Virus record (IMG/VR): IMGVR_UViG_3300034283_003118
Span: 1 to 58,919 of that record
Length of the DNA stretch: 58,919 nt
Reading direction: 5' to 3' (one strand)
DNA from: a virus
Lineage: Duplodnaviria > Caudoviricetes
Part shown: positions 36,799-46,043 of the stretch, in pieces
How positions within the stretch are numbered: position 1 is the stretch's first letter
Layout: the number at the start of each line of letters is the position of its first letter
The notes under the pieces: model-generated
Databases searched by the model: none
What the model was told of the DNA's origin: nothing
Seen by the model: only the letters and a program-made list of their open reading frames with translations
Program-made: the position numbers and the translations under genes

Positions 36799-37686
36799 TT
36801 AAAATTTATGATCAGTATCGGTGTACTTTTCCACTTGTTCTTCACGCATGTACTGAATCACACTCTCCACATAGTCATTGGCCAGTGTAATATAAGAACT
36901 AATCCAACCAGGCAACCCTTCGCGTTCTCCCACATTTCTCAGCATATCATATAATTCTGCAGAATTTTGTGCTAGGTTCAACAGTTCACCGTGAGCCATG
37001 CGAACTTCGTGATCTAGATGTCCGGGTATGTGAGTTTCACCCACCCGTTTGCGTTTTTGATTGACCCCAGTAACTGAGACTCCCTTGCCTCTTCTGAGAG
37101 GTTTGTCACCAATTCCACCACTTGCAAATCCAGTTCCTATAACCGCAACACTGCCGCTAGTGGTTTCTTTAAGATTCTGCTCAATGCCCTGCTGATCCAT
37201 ATATTGTTTTAATTCATTGATTGCTTTGGAAAAACTGGCCCCTCTAATATATGTGTATCCGGGTCTATCTATTTGTATATTATATTCATCAATCAATAGC
37301 ATTCCGCCAGGATCTGTTGCAGCACGTCTGGCATCTTTTCCGTTAAAATAACCGAACTTTTTGGGATTTTTTGCCAGAGCTTCAATCTGCCTCACTGCTT
37401 TTGTAAGAGCAACTACAGTGTTGGGCATTGCATTACAATTGAAAACCAATGATCCGCTAGAAAGATACCATCGAATCCAACCTTTTGAAAATGCATCATA
37501 GTAACCAGACTCAAACCCCCATCGTGTTATCATGACGCTGTGATGTACATCCGTTTTTGATTCGGCATCCTTTTTGGTGGGCAAGTGTACTTTTCCTTTG
37601 GGCTCAATCCAGCCCCACATGTCGTACCCCAAATCCAAAAATTCTTCGTCTAACTGATTTTCTTCTATAAATTCAGTAAGTTTCAT
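36799..37686 (-). CDS. Three-module leader-bearing protein
   Basis: MKLTEF; WGWI domain; LKE|TTSG; VGE| helical LPGWISSYITLANDY domain; TATAAATA upstream. Confidence 0.7.
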   Translation of the reverse strand: MKLTEFIEENQLDEEFLDLGYDMWGWIEPKGKVHLPTKKDAESKTDVHHSVMITRWGFESGYYDAFSKGWIRWYLSSGSLVFNCNAMPNTVVALTKAVRQIEALAKNPKKFGYFNGKDARRAATDPGGMLLIDEYNIQIDRPGYTYIRGASFSKAINELKQYMDQQGIEQNLKETTSGSVAVIGTGFASGGIGDKPLRRGKGVSVTGVNQKRKRVGETHIPGHLDHEVRMAHGELLNLAQNSAELYDMLRNVGEREGLPGWISSYITLANDYVESVIQYMREEQVEKYTDTDHKF

Positions 37687-37754
37687 ATGATTTCTCTCTA
37701 ACTATATTTATATTTTTCTCCAAAACATCTCAGTGTAACTCTTATCTAATTGTT

Positions 37755-38240
37755 TCACGGTTGCATAGCTGTCTTGGACATTAATTCTCTCTGCATGAGA
37801 TTGATCAGTGTCTGTGGGGATTCTATTCCTTCTTTGTAGAAAGTACCACCAGCGTCCAGAGTGTATGTCCAGATATACACAGGCAGAGTATCTTCGTCAT
37901 CATCAAAAAAATGACGAATTTTATTAGGGTCGCTTGCTAATTTAGTGATATTTTTAATTCCCTGTGTCACTGTGGTTATGAGTTCTGGAGAAATTTTTTC
38001 ACTGGTTTCCATTTTTAGTTCACCGTACAGCACAAACCAACGTACCCATCCAGCTTGCCATGCTTTCACATAACCTGGAAACCCTAATTTTTTTATCATG
38101 TCGCTGTGAATATAAGATTTCTGACTTCTTGCCATGTCAGCGGTGGCCAGGTGAACTTTACCACCAGGTGCTATCCAACCCCACATCTCATAGGGCATCG
38201 AGAAGTATTCATTTAGATTGAATATTTCTGTTATTCTCAT
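37755..38240 (-). CDS. WGWI-GWVRW domain protein
   Basis: MRITEIFNLNE start with AAGGA SD. Confidence 0.7.
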   Translation of the reverse strand: MRITEIFNLNEYFSMPYEMWGWIAPGGKVHLATADMARSQKSYIHSDMIKKLGFPGYVKAWQAGWVRWFVLYGELKMETSEKISPELITTVTQGIKNITKLASDPNKIRHFFDDDEDTLPVYIWTYTLDAGGTFYKEGIESPQTLINLMQRELMSKTAMQP

Positions 38241-38251
38241 CAGAATATCCT

Positions 38252-38689
38252 TTATGCTCTGCCGGTTTTGCCAATTGCACGCAACATCCATCCATGCTTT
38301 TCATGAATATCAATGCGATCCTGTAAGAAATTCTGCAAACCCAAATGATCACCGGCCAAGTTATATGCTGCTTCCAGGCTGTCAATTACTCGTTGGTTAT
38401 CAGATAACAGCTCGTCAAACATCAGTTCAGCACGTGGTACCATCAGCTGATCATTAATGGTGGTCAATTCACTGAATCTCTGTAAACTGCCAGGTGCATA
38501 CATGTCCAGTGTGCGAATATGTTCAGCAATAGCATCCACTGCGGCCCAAACTTCAGCATATAGGTTGCCCAAAAAATCATGATACTGAACAAAACTGGGA
38601 CCTTCTACATTCCAGTGAAAATTTAACGCCTTTAGTGTAAAAGCAAAGCTGTTGGCCAATGCTACTTTAAGTGCTTGTTCTAAATTCAT
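38252..38689 (-). CDS. dps: Dps-family ferritin-like protein
   Basis: FHWNVEG..H..DAIAEHIR..HEKHGWML. Confidence 0.92.
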   Translation of the reverse strand: MNLEQALKVALANSFAFTLKALNFHWNVEGPSFVQYHDFLGNLYAEVWAAVDAIAEHIRTLDMYAPGSLQRFSELTTINDQLMVPRAELMFDELLSDNQRVIDSLEAAYNLAGDHLGLQNFLQDRIDIHEKHGWMLRAIGKTGRA

Positions 38690-38690
38690 C

Positions 38691-39395
38691 TTATTCCTCT
38701 TTCAAACTCAATTCTTTATCCAGTTGGGTTATTTTGAAATCGCTGAGCTTATCCAGATAACCATGATTTCTGAGTATTTTGAACACCAGATTTGCAGTAC
38801 CAAATTCTCCAGTGCTACTCAGGCCTTCTTTGCGGTATTTGCGTAACTTACTCATCAACTGATTGGCTGACTCTAGATCTTGGTTCTGAACAGACCGATT
38901 TATGGCTCTGATATATTCACGCAATTTACTTTTTACATCCAGATGATTGATGCTGGCTTTGATTCTCTTGGGTTCTTCAACCCACTCATCACGCTGGATG
39001 CTATAAACTCCTGCACTGGTGTGTGGATCATCAACGAACTGAACATAAAGTTCCACAGGCTGACCTTTCACTGTAATGTTATGCTGTTCATTGAACAGAT
39101 TTTTCTTGGCATCTACATACTTTCTTAATATAACTTTTTCTTTTTCAGACGCATTGACTATGATGTGCAAATCCAAATCACTATATTTGGTGTAAGTGTA
39201 TGCAGCATTACTTCCGCTCAATGTGATATCTTCAATATTGAGATCTGGTAGATCCAGGTATTCCACAAATGCTTCTGCAATATTGGATAGTGCAGACAAC
39301 ACTTCTTTTTTCAGTGTTTTATCTGATTCCCACAAATTGGGATTTAACTGATTGTGAAATTGTATGTCTTTGCTAAAGCTCACAGGGTCATTCAT
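38691..39395 (-). CDS. Pol-beta-superfamily nucleotidyltransferase
   Basis: LSGSNA..YSDLDLH, VELYV; TAAATA 5 nt upstream. Confidence 0.75.
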   Translation of the reverse strand: MNDPVSFSKDIQFHNQLNPNLWESDKTLKKEVLSALSNIAEAFVEYLDLPDLNIEDITLSGSNAAYTYTKYSDLDLHIIVNASEKEKVILRKYVDAKKNLFNEQHNITVKGQPVELYVQFVDDPHTSAGVYSIQRDEWVEEPKRIKASINHLDVKSKLREYIRAINRSVQNQDLESANQLMSKLRKYRKEGLSSTGEFGTANLVFKILRNHGYLDKLSDFKITQLDKELSLKEE

Positions 39396-39400
39396 AATGA

Positions 39401-39424
39401 TATTTATGCATTTTTAAATAAATA
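39401..39424. promoter_or_regulatory. Divergent late promoters
   Basis: TAAATA on minus at 39401-39406 and on plus at 39415-39424. Confidence 0.65.
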
Positions 39425-39439
39425 CTTGAGGAGTTTGTT

Positions 39440-40252
39440 ATGACCAGAATATGGATTTTTTATCTTTTATCAGTTGCTTCAATCTGGGGCCAATCCAGAA
39501 ATCAAGCGCCACCATTGCCACCAGATGCATGCGTAAATCAAGCACCCTGGGGCATACCCAATTCCAAATCAGCAGTGCAAGTAATTTGTCGCAAGGGATA
39601 TATAACAGCTAATGACCTTAACGCACGTCTACCCAAATGGGTTAGTTACACACTTACCCCTCCCAACGCCCTAGGGTGTATTCCAAGGACCAATGCGTTT
39701 GCTGTGGATCAGAGCCTACCCCCGTATCAGAGAGCAACTCCTCAGGACTACGCTGGAACTGGTTATGACATGGGTCATAATGCGCCTGATGGGGACATGA
39801 GTTGGGATATGCAAGTGGAACTGGAAAGTTTCCTGATGAGCAACATGATGCCACAGTTGCCTGGATTGAATCGTGGTATCTGGAAATTACTGGAAACCGC
39901 AACTCGAGGGTGGGCCGTACAAAGAAATCACACAATACAAGTAGTAAGTGGTCCGGTATATTTCTACACCAATCCCACTATTGGCGCCAATCGAGTAATA
40001 GTGCCTCATGCGTTCTACAAAGTGATACTGGATACTCAAACCAGAGAAGCCATGGGCTTTATGTTTATGCACCAGGGCGGTCAGGGCAATGATTTGGTCA
40101 AAGTCAGAAAAAGTATTCTGGAGATACAACTGGCCACTGGATTGGAATTTAAGTTTCCTCCCAACAGTGTTGAAGTTCCTCTGAATCAGATTTGGCCCGT
40201 GGACTATGGTGCTTTAACTAATTCCAAAAGAGCTGTTTGTAGAACCAATTGA
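39440..40252 (+). CDS. NucA/EndoG-type non-specific endonuclease with signal peptide
   Basis: DYAGTGYDMGHNAP, SNMMPQ..LNRGIWKLLE, VPHAFYKV. Confidence 0.9.
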   Translation: MTRIWIFYLLSVASIWGQSRNQAPPLPPDACVNQAPWGIPNSKSAVQVICRKGYITANDLNARLPKWVSYTLTPPNALGCIPRTNAFAVDQSLPPYQRATPQDYAGTGYDMGHNAPDGDMSWDMQVELESFLMSNMMPQLPGLNRGIWKLLETATRGWAVQRNHTIQVVSGPVYFYTNPTIGANRVIVPHAFYKVILDTQTREAMGFMFMHQGGQGNDLVKVRKSILEIQLATGLEFKFPPNSVEVPLNQIWPVDYGALTNSKRAVCRTN

Positions 40253-40256
40253 TTTC

Positions 40257-40296
40257 AGAAAAATGCCCAAGGTTTTTGAATCCTTGGGCATTTTCT
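40257..40296. terminator. Bidirectional terminator
   Basis: AAAATGCCCAAGG / CCTTGGGCATTTT between convergent genes. Confidence 0.75.
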
Positions 40297-41133
40297 TTAC
40301 TTGATTTCCAGTACGTCAGTGGGCTTCTTATAAGCCGATAGGTCTGGTTTGCGGAAACTTTCGGTATCTCCGCGGCTCTGACTAATGCCCGCCTGCTGTG
40401 GAGTACCCAACATAGCGCCCAAACGATCCGGGTCGCCCGGATAACGGAAGTGACCAGTGTGGTCCAGCTTGATACTGATGTCGCCCCAAATTTCGCCACC
40501 AATTGCACGCCAACGATCGCAGAATGTCCAGTCTTCACTGTTGTATTCCAGATCCTTGGTGATCATGGTGTCGAATAGTGCGTACATGAATGGATCGTAC
40601 TTCTTGTCCAGACCAATGTTGCCAATGTACTTGGTCTCAGGATAGGCTGTGAACATCTTCTGCAAAACATCACGCTTGACCATCATAAATCCAGTGCCCA
40701 AACGAGTAAGTGGAATCAGATTATCAACTACCTTGATCTCACCATTTTCTCCCACATGGCTGGGATCAATGTTAACCACATAGTCAATGGGCAAGCTCTT
40801 CTTGGGATACAATCCACCCACGACGTCGCGATTGTGTAGTAGCAGCTGAAAAATATGTTCAGGCTGGAATCCAATGTCTGAATCAATAAACATCAGATGA
40901 GTGGCTTCTTTGTTTTCCATCATCTTGGCCACCAGGTTGTTACGACCTCGAGTAATCAGTGATTCGTTCACCATGGTGTCGATGCTGAAATTCATGCCAA
41001 TTTTATTGGCATAGATCACAAACTTCAACATACTAACAAAAACGCTCTCAAAGAGCTGCCCTCCGTAGCAGGGGATACAAATTTGTGGATGGCATTTGCG
41101 CAAAAAATCCACTTGTTCAACTGTGATATTCAT
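40297..41133 (-). CDS. GT-A fold glycosyltransferase
   Basis: ESLITRGRN, FIDSDI, GTGFMM, SEDWTFC, LDHTG. Confidence 0.8.
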   Translation of the reverse strand: MNITVEQVDFLRKCHPQICIPCYGGQLFESVFVSMLKFVIYANKIGMNFSIDTMVNESLITRGRNNLVAKMMENKEATHLMFIDSDIGFQPEHIFQLLLHNRDVVGGLYPKKSLPIDYVVNIDPSHVGENGEIKVVDNLIPLTRLGTGFMMVKRDVLQKMFTAYPETKYIGNIGLDKKYDPFMYALFDTMITKDLEYNSEDWTFCDRWRAIGGEIWGDISIKLDHTGHFRYPGDPDRLGAMLGTPQQAGISQSRGDTESFRKPDLSAYKKPTDVLEIK

Positions 41134-41141
41134 TTTTTCCT

Positions 41142-41306
41142 CTAGTTTCGAATAGTTTCAACCATAACAGTATTGCCTAACATCTCCTGTGCTACTGCTT
41201 CCAGGGTGGTTAGGAACTCGTTCGTAGCCAACTCAGGATCTTCTGAATTTTCTTTAACCAGTTTGCTGATTTTCAGCACAACACTTTCTTCATAAACTCG
41301 TGCCAT
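41142..41306 (-). CDS. Small hypothetical protein
   Basis: MARVYEES; TAAATA 8 nt upstream. Confidence 0.65.
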   Translation of the reverse strand: MARVYEESVVLKISKLVKENSEDPELATNEFLTTLEAVAQEMLGNTVMVETIRN

Positions 41307-41313
41307 AGTGCTA

Positions 41314-42012
41314 TTATTTAACGGTGTCAGTGACACGGTAGATTTTTTTAATCAGGCCTGATGAAGACAAACTCAAAAAGGTAATCAGTTCTTCGTTGTT
41401 GGAGTAGAGATAATTGTTGAAAATATAATTAGTACCCCAATTCAAATCCTGATCTTTTTTGTTGATTACATTGGCCAAGCGGCCAGTCAGTTTGAGATGA
41501 TGCTTGTTGGTTTCCAACATCTGCAGAAAAGGCTGATGATTTCTGGCTTCAAAATCCTTTAACAGTACTTTGAATTTATATGCACTAAGATTGGTGCCCA
41601 CCGCAACTTCGCCAATATTCAGATGATCAGGCACTGCTGAGATTTTTTCAATTAGATCTGGCATGACTGACTCAAAGCTCAAAATCATATCAATCATCTC
41701 ACTGGCGGCGTCCAGATCATCAAAATACATTATTATCGTCTGATGTTCATGTCGAAACGCAATCTTATTATTAAGTATCTTGCGTCCCAACATCAGCATC
41801 CAGGATGTTGATGGTTGCCAGTTTGCCTGATCTGTTGATGTTGAACTGTAGAACCACAGACTGTCTAGATCGTCGGGACGCCTCAGCGCAGAAACCAGCC
41901 TGGGGGCAAAACTAAATTTTATCTTTATTGATATGGAATATCTTTCGTGAACATGTTTTTTCTGAATTGAGATTTTGAGATCAGGGAATCTGTTCTTGAG
42001 TTTTGAAATCAT
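41314..42012 (-). CDS. Hypothetical protein (distant paralog of 41981..42715)
   Basis: Similar N- and C-termini. Confidence 0.65.
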   Translation of the reverse strand: MISKLKNRFPDLKISIQKKHVHERYSISIKIKFSFAPRLVSALRRPDDLDSLWFYSSTSTDQANWQPSTSWMLMLGRKILNNKIAFRHEHQTIIMYFDDLDAASEMIDMILSFESVMPDLIEKISAVPDHLNIGEVAVGTNLSAYKFKVLLKDFEARNHQPFLQMLETNKHHLKLTGRLANVINKKDQDLNWGTNYIFNNYLYSNNEELITFLSLSSSGLIKKIYRVTDTVK

Positions 42013-42715
42013 TTTTGGATACTACCTTGAAGAGTTTATGAAAATATCCAGGCCATTTTAGATGTATAAAGGTTAGAGTTTGTTCGTCTCGAACCAAAAC
42101 ATGGTTACTGGAGCTTACTGAAATGTGAGTATTTGCGAGATGGGGGTCGCTTTTTGCATAATTGATTTGTTGTTTTAGCGTTCTGCACAATTTTGTTGAA
42201 TCTTTCATTTGATTTTCAAAATCCATCAGATCGCCAAGACGGATCATTGTGCTTTTAAAATACAGCTGATGCTGATATTCTGTATTTTTTGTAAGCATTT
42301 TTTCGCCAACCTGTAAACTATCATCCACTGCTCGGACTTTTACGTCCATCAAAGTCATGATCTTCTTCAGTTCGTCCAACATGGTTAAACATCCCACGGC
42401 CTGGTCTGGGGTCAAAAACAAAGTCAGCTCGTCTATTTGTTTGATCCGGCAGATTGCTTTGTTTTCTTTAATCCAGTGGAAAAGTTGCCTAAGCACCTCG
42501 GCATTGACCATTTGGCCACGATATTTCATCACAGCATCAACTGGATGCTGTGATGAAACCCACTTCGAAGATCTATAGTTATATTTTAACGTATTATACA
42601 GAATAATAATACAAGGAGTTTTGATATCAATGGCCACTGGCAAATTGTTATAAAAATGCTTATTGGTCACTGATATCTGAAAGTTAGGAAACTGCTTGGT
42701 CAGTGTGGACCACAT
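41981..42715 (-). CDS. Hypothetical protein
   Basis: Long ORF in operon. Confidence 0.7.
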   Translation of the reverse strand: MWSTLTKQFPNFQISVTNKHFYNNLPVAIDIKTPCIIILYNTLKYNYRSSKWVSSQHPVDAVMKYRGQMVNAEVLRQLFHWIKENKAICRIKQIDELTLFLTPDQAVGCLTMLDELKKIMTLMDVKVRAVDDSLQVGEKMLTKNTEYQHQLYFKSTMIRLGDLMDFENQMKDSTKLCRTLKQQINYAKSDPHLANTHISVSSSNHVLVRDEQTLTFIHLKWPGYFHKLFKVVSKNDFKTQEQIP

Positions 42716-44951
42716 TGGGGTTATTCTCCAGTATCAGAAGCTGATTGTTTTGCCAATCCAACCAAAGTTTAGTACCAGTTGGGATTTCATCAAACAACAG
42801 CTTCTTGCTGAGTGGCAGCTTGATCAAATCATTGATCTTGCGGTATAGTGGACGGGCACCCATCTTGGGATCAACACCAACTTGGATAATGTGATCAATC
42901 AATGATTCTGTGGGCACAACTTCAACTCCGCGATCACTGAGTAACTCATTGATTTCCTTAACGAACTTGATCACAATCTTGCGGTAGCTCATTGAGTCCA
43001 AACTGTTGAACTTGCAGATTCCGTCCAGTCTGTTGCGGAACTCGGGCTTGAAGAAGTCCTTGATTGCAGCGCCGTCATCCTGTTTGGCCAAGTCCTGCCC
43101 AAACCCAATGTTGTTGCGTTCCATGTCAGCAGCACCCAAGTTGCTGGTCATCAGAATCAAACAGTTACGACAATCAGCCTTCTTGCCATTGCTGCCACTC
43201 ACAAGACCATCGTCCATCATCTGTAACAGAACCTGCAACACGTCAGGGTGGGCTTTTTCAACTTCGTCAAACAGCAAAATACTATTGGGTTCTTTTTCAA
43301 TATCACCCACCAGCAAGCCACCGCCCATCTTGCCGTCATCGTGCCCAACATATCCAGGAGGTGCACCAATCAGCTTGCTGATGCTGTGCTTTTCCTGATA
43401 CTCGGTCATGTCGTAACGGTGAAGCTTCATCTGCAAGTTTTCTGCTAGCAGCTTGGCCAACTCAGTCTTGCCCACACCAGTGGGACCCACAAACAGGAAG
43501 CTGCCAATGGGCTTGGTGGGACTTTTGAGGCCTGCGCGGCTGATCAGAATCTTTTCAGTAACCGTGTCCACAGCACTGTCCTGACCATACAGTTTCTGCT
43601 TGATATCAACATCCATGTCACGCAACTGAGTACGCTTGGTCTGCGTCAGCTGGTCCATCGGAATACGAGTGGCGCGGCTGATTTCCTGCATGATTTCTGT
43701 ACGGTTCACACACCAGCCACCAGCATCCTGCACCTTCTGTTTGGCACAGGCTGTATCAATCATGTCAATGGCCTTATCTGGCAGCTTCTTGTCAGTCTGA
43801 TACCGTACGGTCAAATCCACAGCAGCGTCAATCGCCTCATCTGTAATTTTGCCGCCGTGGAAGTCTTCAAACTTGCTCTTGATCCCTCGCAGAATCAGCT
43901 TGGCTTCAGCTGGCGTGGGTTCATCCACTCCCAGTCGATAGAACCGACGCATCAAAGCACGATCCTTTTCAAAGCTCTGGCTGAATTCCTCCCAGGTGGT
44001 GCTGGCGATCACTTTGATTTTGCCTTTGCTAATGGCCGGCTTGATCATGTTAGCAAAGTCCGGGCCGCGATCAGCACCACCGCCTGCACCTCTCATCTGA
44101 TGCGCTTCATCCACAAACAGAATGCACTTGCCCAGTGAGCTCAGACTATCTATTACTTCCACCAGTTTTTCTTCAAACTCGCCGCGATATTTGCTGCCTG
44201 CCACCAGAGTGCCGATATCCAGATTCCACACGGTCCAATCTCGGAGGTAGTTGGGAACTTCTCCATTCACAATGTTCAGTGCCAGACCTTCAGCCAATGC
44301 AGTTTTACCCACACCCGGATCGCCCACCAACAGCACATTGCTCTTGTTGCGTTTTGCTAGTACCTGGGTGATTTCAGAAATTTCAGTTTCTCGCCCAATC
44401 ACTGGGTCAATACGCCCGTCCCGAGCTTGGTCGTTGAGATTTACACAGTATTTTTCCAGACATTCCAGTGCTTGTTTCTGATCAATTTCTCCGTGACCAC
44501 TTTTATTTTGTTTGTGTTGCTGATATCTCTCAGCACAGAAGGGTTCAAATTTTTCTCGTTCTACGCCATACTTGAGTAGAATATAAGAGGAAAAACTGCT
44601 GGTTTCGTGCATAATGGCTGTGTATAGATTCAGCAACTGTAGCTGATCCTGGTTCTGAAACATAGCCTGACTAGCAGCCCGATTAAAAATTCGCTCCAAA
44701 GACGCAGTGCGAGTAGGAGTAGTATCAGGCGTTTTGGATTTTAGAGTACGATGATTCTCCAAATAAGTCTTGAGCTCTGACCCCAGGTCATCAACATCGA
44801 CACCAAAATCTTTTAGTACCGTTTTGAAATTTCGGTAACAGATCATGCTATAAAGCAAATGTTCTGTAGTCACATATTGATGGTTCAGAGCGTTAGCATA
44901 TTCCACGGCTTTACTGAGTACAAGTGTAATTTCTGGATTATCTTTTAGCAA
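42684..44951 (-). CDS. clpA: ClpA-type AAA+ unfoldase
   Basis: GDPGVGKT, GPTGVGKT, IGF loop, no M domain; TTG start after AAAGGA. Confidence 0.92.
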   Translation of the reverse strand: MLKDNPEITLVLSKAVEYANALNHQYVTTEHLLYSMICYRNFKTVLKDFGVDVDDLGSELKTYLENHRTLKSKTPDTTPTRTASLERIFNRAASQAMFQNQDQLQLLNLYTAIMHETSSFSSYILLKYGVEREKFEPFCAERYQQHKQNKSGHGEIDQKQALECLEKYCVNLNDQARDGRIDPVIGRETEISEITQVLAKRNKSNVLLVGDPGVGKTALAEGLALNIVNGEVPNYLRDWTVWNLDIGTLVAGSKYRGEFEEKLVEVIDSLSSLGKCILFVDEAHQMRGAGGGADRGPDFANMIKPAISKGKIKVIASTTWEEFSQSFEKDRALMRRFYRLGVDEPTPAEAKLILRGIKSKFEDFHGGKITDEAIDAAVDLTVRYQTDKKLPDKAIDMIDTACAKQKVQDAGGWCVNRTEIMQEISRATRIPMDQLTQTKRTQLRDMDVDIKQKLYGQDSAVDTVTEKILISRAGLKSPTKPIGSFLFVGPTGVGKTELAKLLAENLQMKLHRYDMTEYQEKHSISKLIGAPPGYVGHDDGKMGGGLLVGDIEKEPNSILLFDEVEKAHPDVLQVLLQMMDDGLVSGSNGKKADCRNCLILMTSNLGAADMERNNIGFGQDLAKQDDGAAIKDFFKPEFRNRLDGICKFNSLDSMSYRKIVIKFVKEINELLSDRGVEVVPTESLIDHIIQVGVDPKMGARPLYRKINDLIKLPLSKKLLFDEIPTGTKLWLDWQNNQLLILENNPNVVHTDQAVS

Positions 44952-45007
44952 AGTATTTTCCTTTAGTATTAATGATAGCAATTGTCGGTGCCATTAGTCA
45001 AAACAAA

Positions 45008-45793
45008 TTAGCTCAAAATACTCTTTAGTTGCTCTTTTTGGTCATCTGTCAGTTTAGGTAACTCAATGTGAATTTTTATCATCATGTCTCCTCGCTGTCG
45101 ACTAACACGAGTAAAACCACCCTGACCTTTGACTCTCAATATTGTGCCTGGTTGGCAAGCATCAGGTACACGGATTTCCAGATTTGATCCAAAAGGATCA
45201 CGCACTGCGACAGAACACCCGATCCAGGCATCAACCACAGACAGTGTTTTTTCTGCATAAAGATCCCCGTTACGAAGTTCAAAATTATCATAGGGCTGAA
45301 CACGGATTCGTACATAAAGATCGCCGGGTGGCAGTTTGGGGTTAATTGTACTACCCTGGCCACTGTATTTCACAGCATCTCCAGTTTGAGAACCAGGCGG
45401 AATAGTGATATTAACGGTGCGAGTTTTTCCGTTGTCATCGATCTCAATAGTTTTAGTGCATCCCTGAATATGCTCTGCAACTGTGATCATAATGGCGGCT
45501 TCAAAATTGGGATTCGCAGGTCTATACCCAAACCCCTGTGTGCTGAATTTTTCAAAGATTTCTTTAAAGAAATCTTGTTCATTGAAATTTGAGAAAGGAT
45601 GTGAGTTCTGACTATGTGTTTGATTTTTTTGGGGATTGGTCAGCTGCTGATAAGCGTTTTGTATTTCCATAAAACGATCAGGATCACCACCTTTGTCGGG
45701 ATGATGATCCTTTGCCAATCGTCTGTATGCCGCTTTGATTTCATCTGCTGAAGCAGTCTGGTCTATCCCCAGTACTGTCCATGGATTGGGCAT
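45008..45793 (-). CDS. Class II DnaJ/CbpA co-chaperone
   Basis: HHPDKGG, PGDLYV; no Zn-finger. Confidence 0.9.
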   Translation of the reverse strand: MPNPWTVLGIDQTASADEIKAAYRRLAKDHHPDKGGDPDRFMEIQNAYQQLTNPQKNQTHSQNSHPFSNFNEQDFFKEIFEKFSTQGFGYRPANPNFEAAIMITVAEHIQGCTKTIEIDDNGKTRTVNITIPPGSQTGDAVKYSGQGSTINPKLPPGDLYVRIRVQPYDNFELRNGDLYAEKTLSVVDAWIGCSVAVRDPFGSNLEIRVPDACQPGTILRVKGQGGFTRVSRQRGDMMIKIHIELPKLTDDQKEQLKSILS

Positions 45794-45795
45794 GT

Positions 45796-45981
45796 TTACT
45801 TGTTGTCTGCTGCGTTCTTGGCTTCCTGAATTTCAGCTCTGCGAGCCTTGGCCAGTTTGCCCATGTCACCCAGTGCTTTGCGAGCACGAGCGGCAGCAGC
45901 CTTTACTCCCTTGCTTTCAAACTTCTCAGTTTCAGCAACATAAGTCTCATAAGCAGAAACAATTTGTTCATGTAGTGTCAT
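45796..45981 (-). CDS. Hc1/histone H1-like small protein
   Basis: KGVKAAAARARKAL..LAKARRAE. Confidence 0.65.
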   Translation of the reverse strand: MTLHEQIVSAYETYVAETEKFESKGVKAAAARARKALGDMGKLAKARRAEIQEAKNAADNK

Positions 45982-46043
45982 TGATGTTTATACGCTCCTC
46001 TGAATAGTTATTTTGTTGAATACTCTGTGCTGAAAAATTCTCG

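Noticed and set aside
26361-38291. ORF-track starts at 26396, 27966 and 38291 (also 522, 20475, 44981)
   Set aside because: Downstream starts fit SD or promoter spacing and avoid overlaps; the first three also expose the shared leader.
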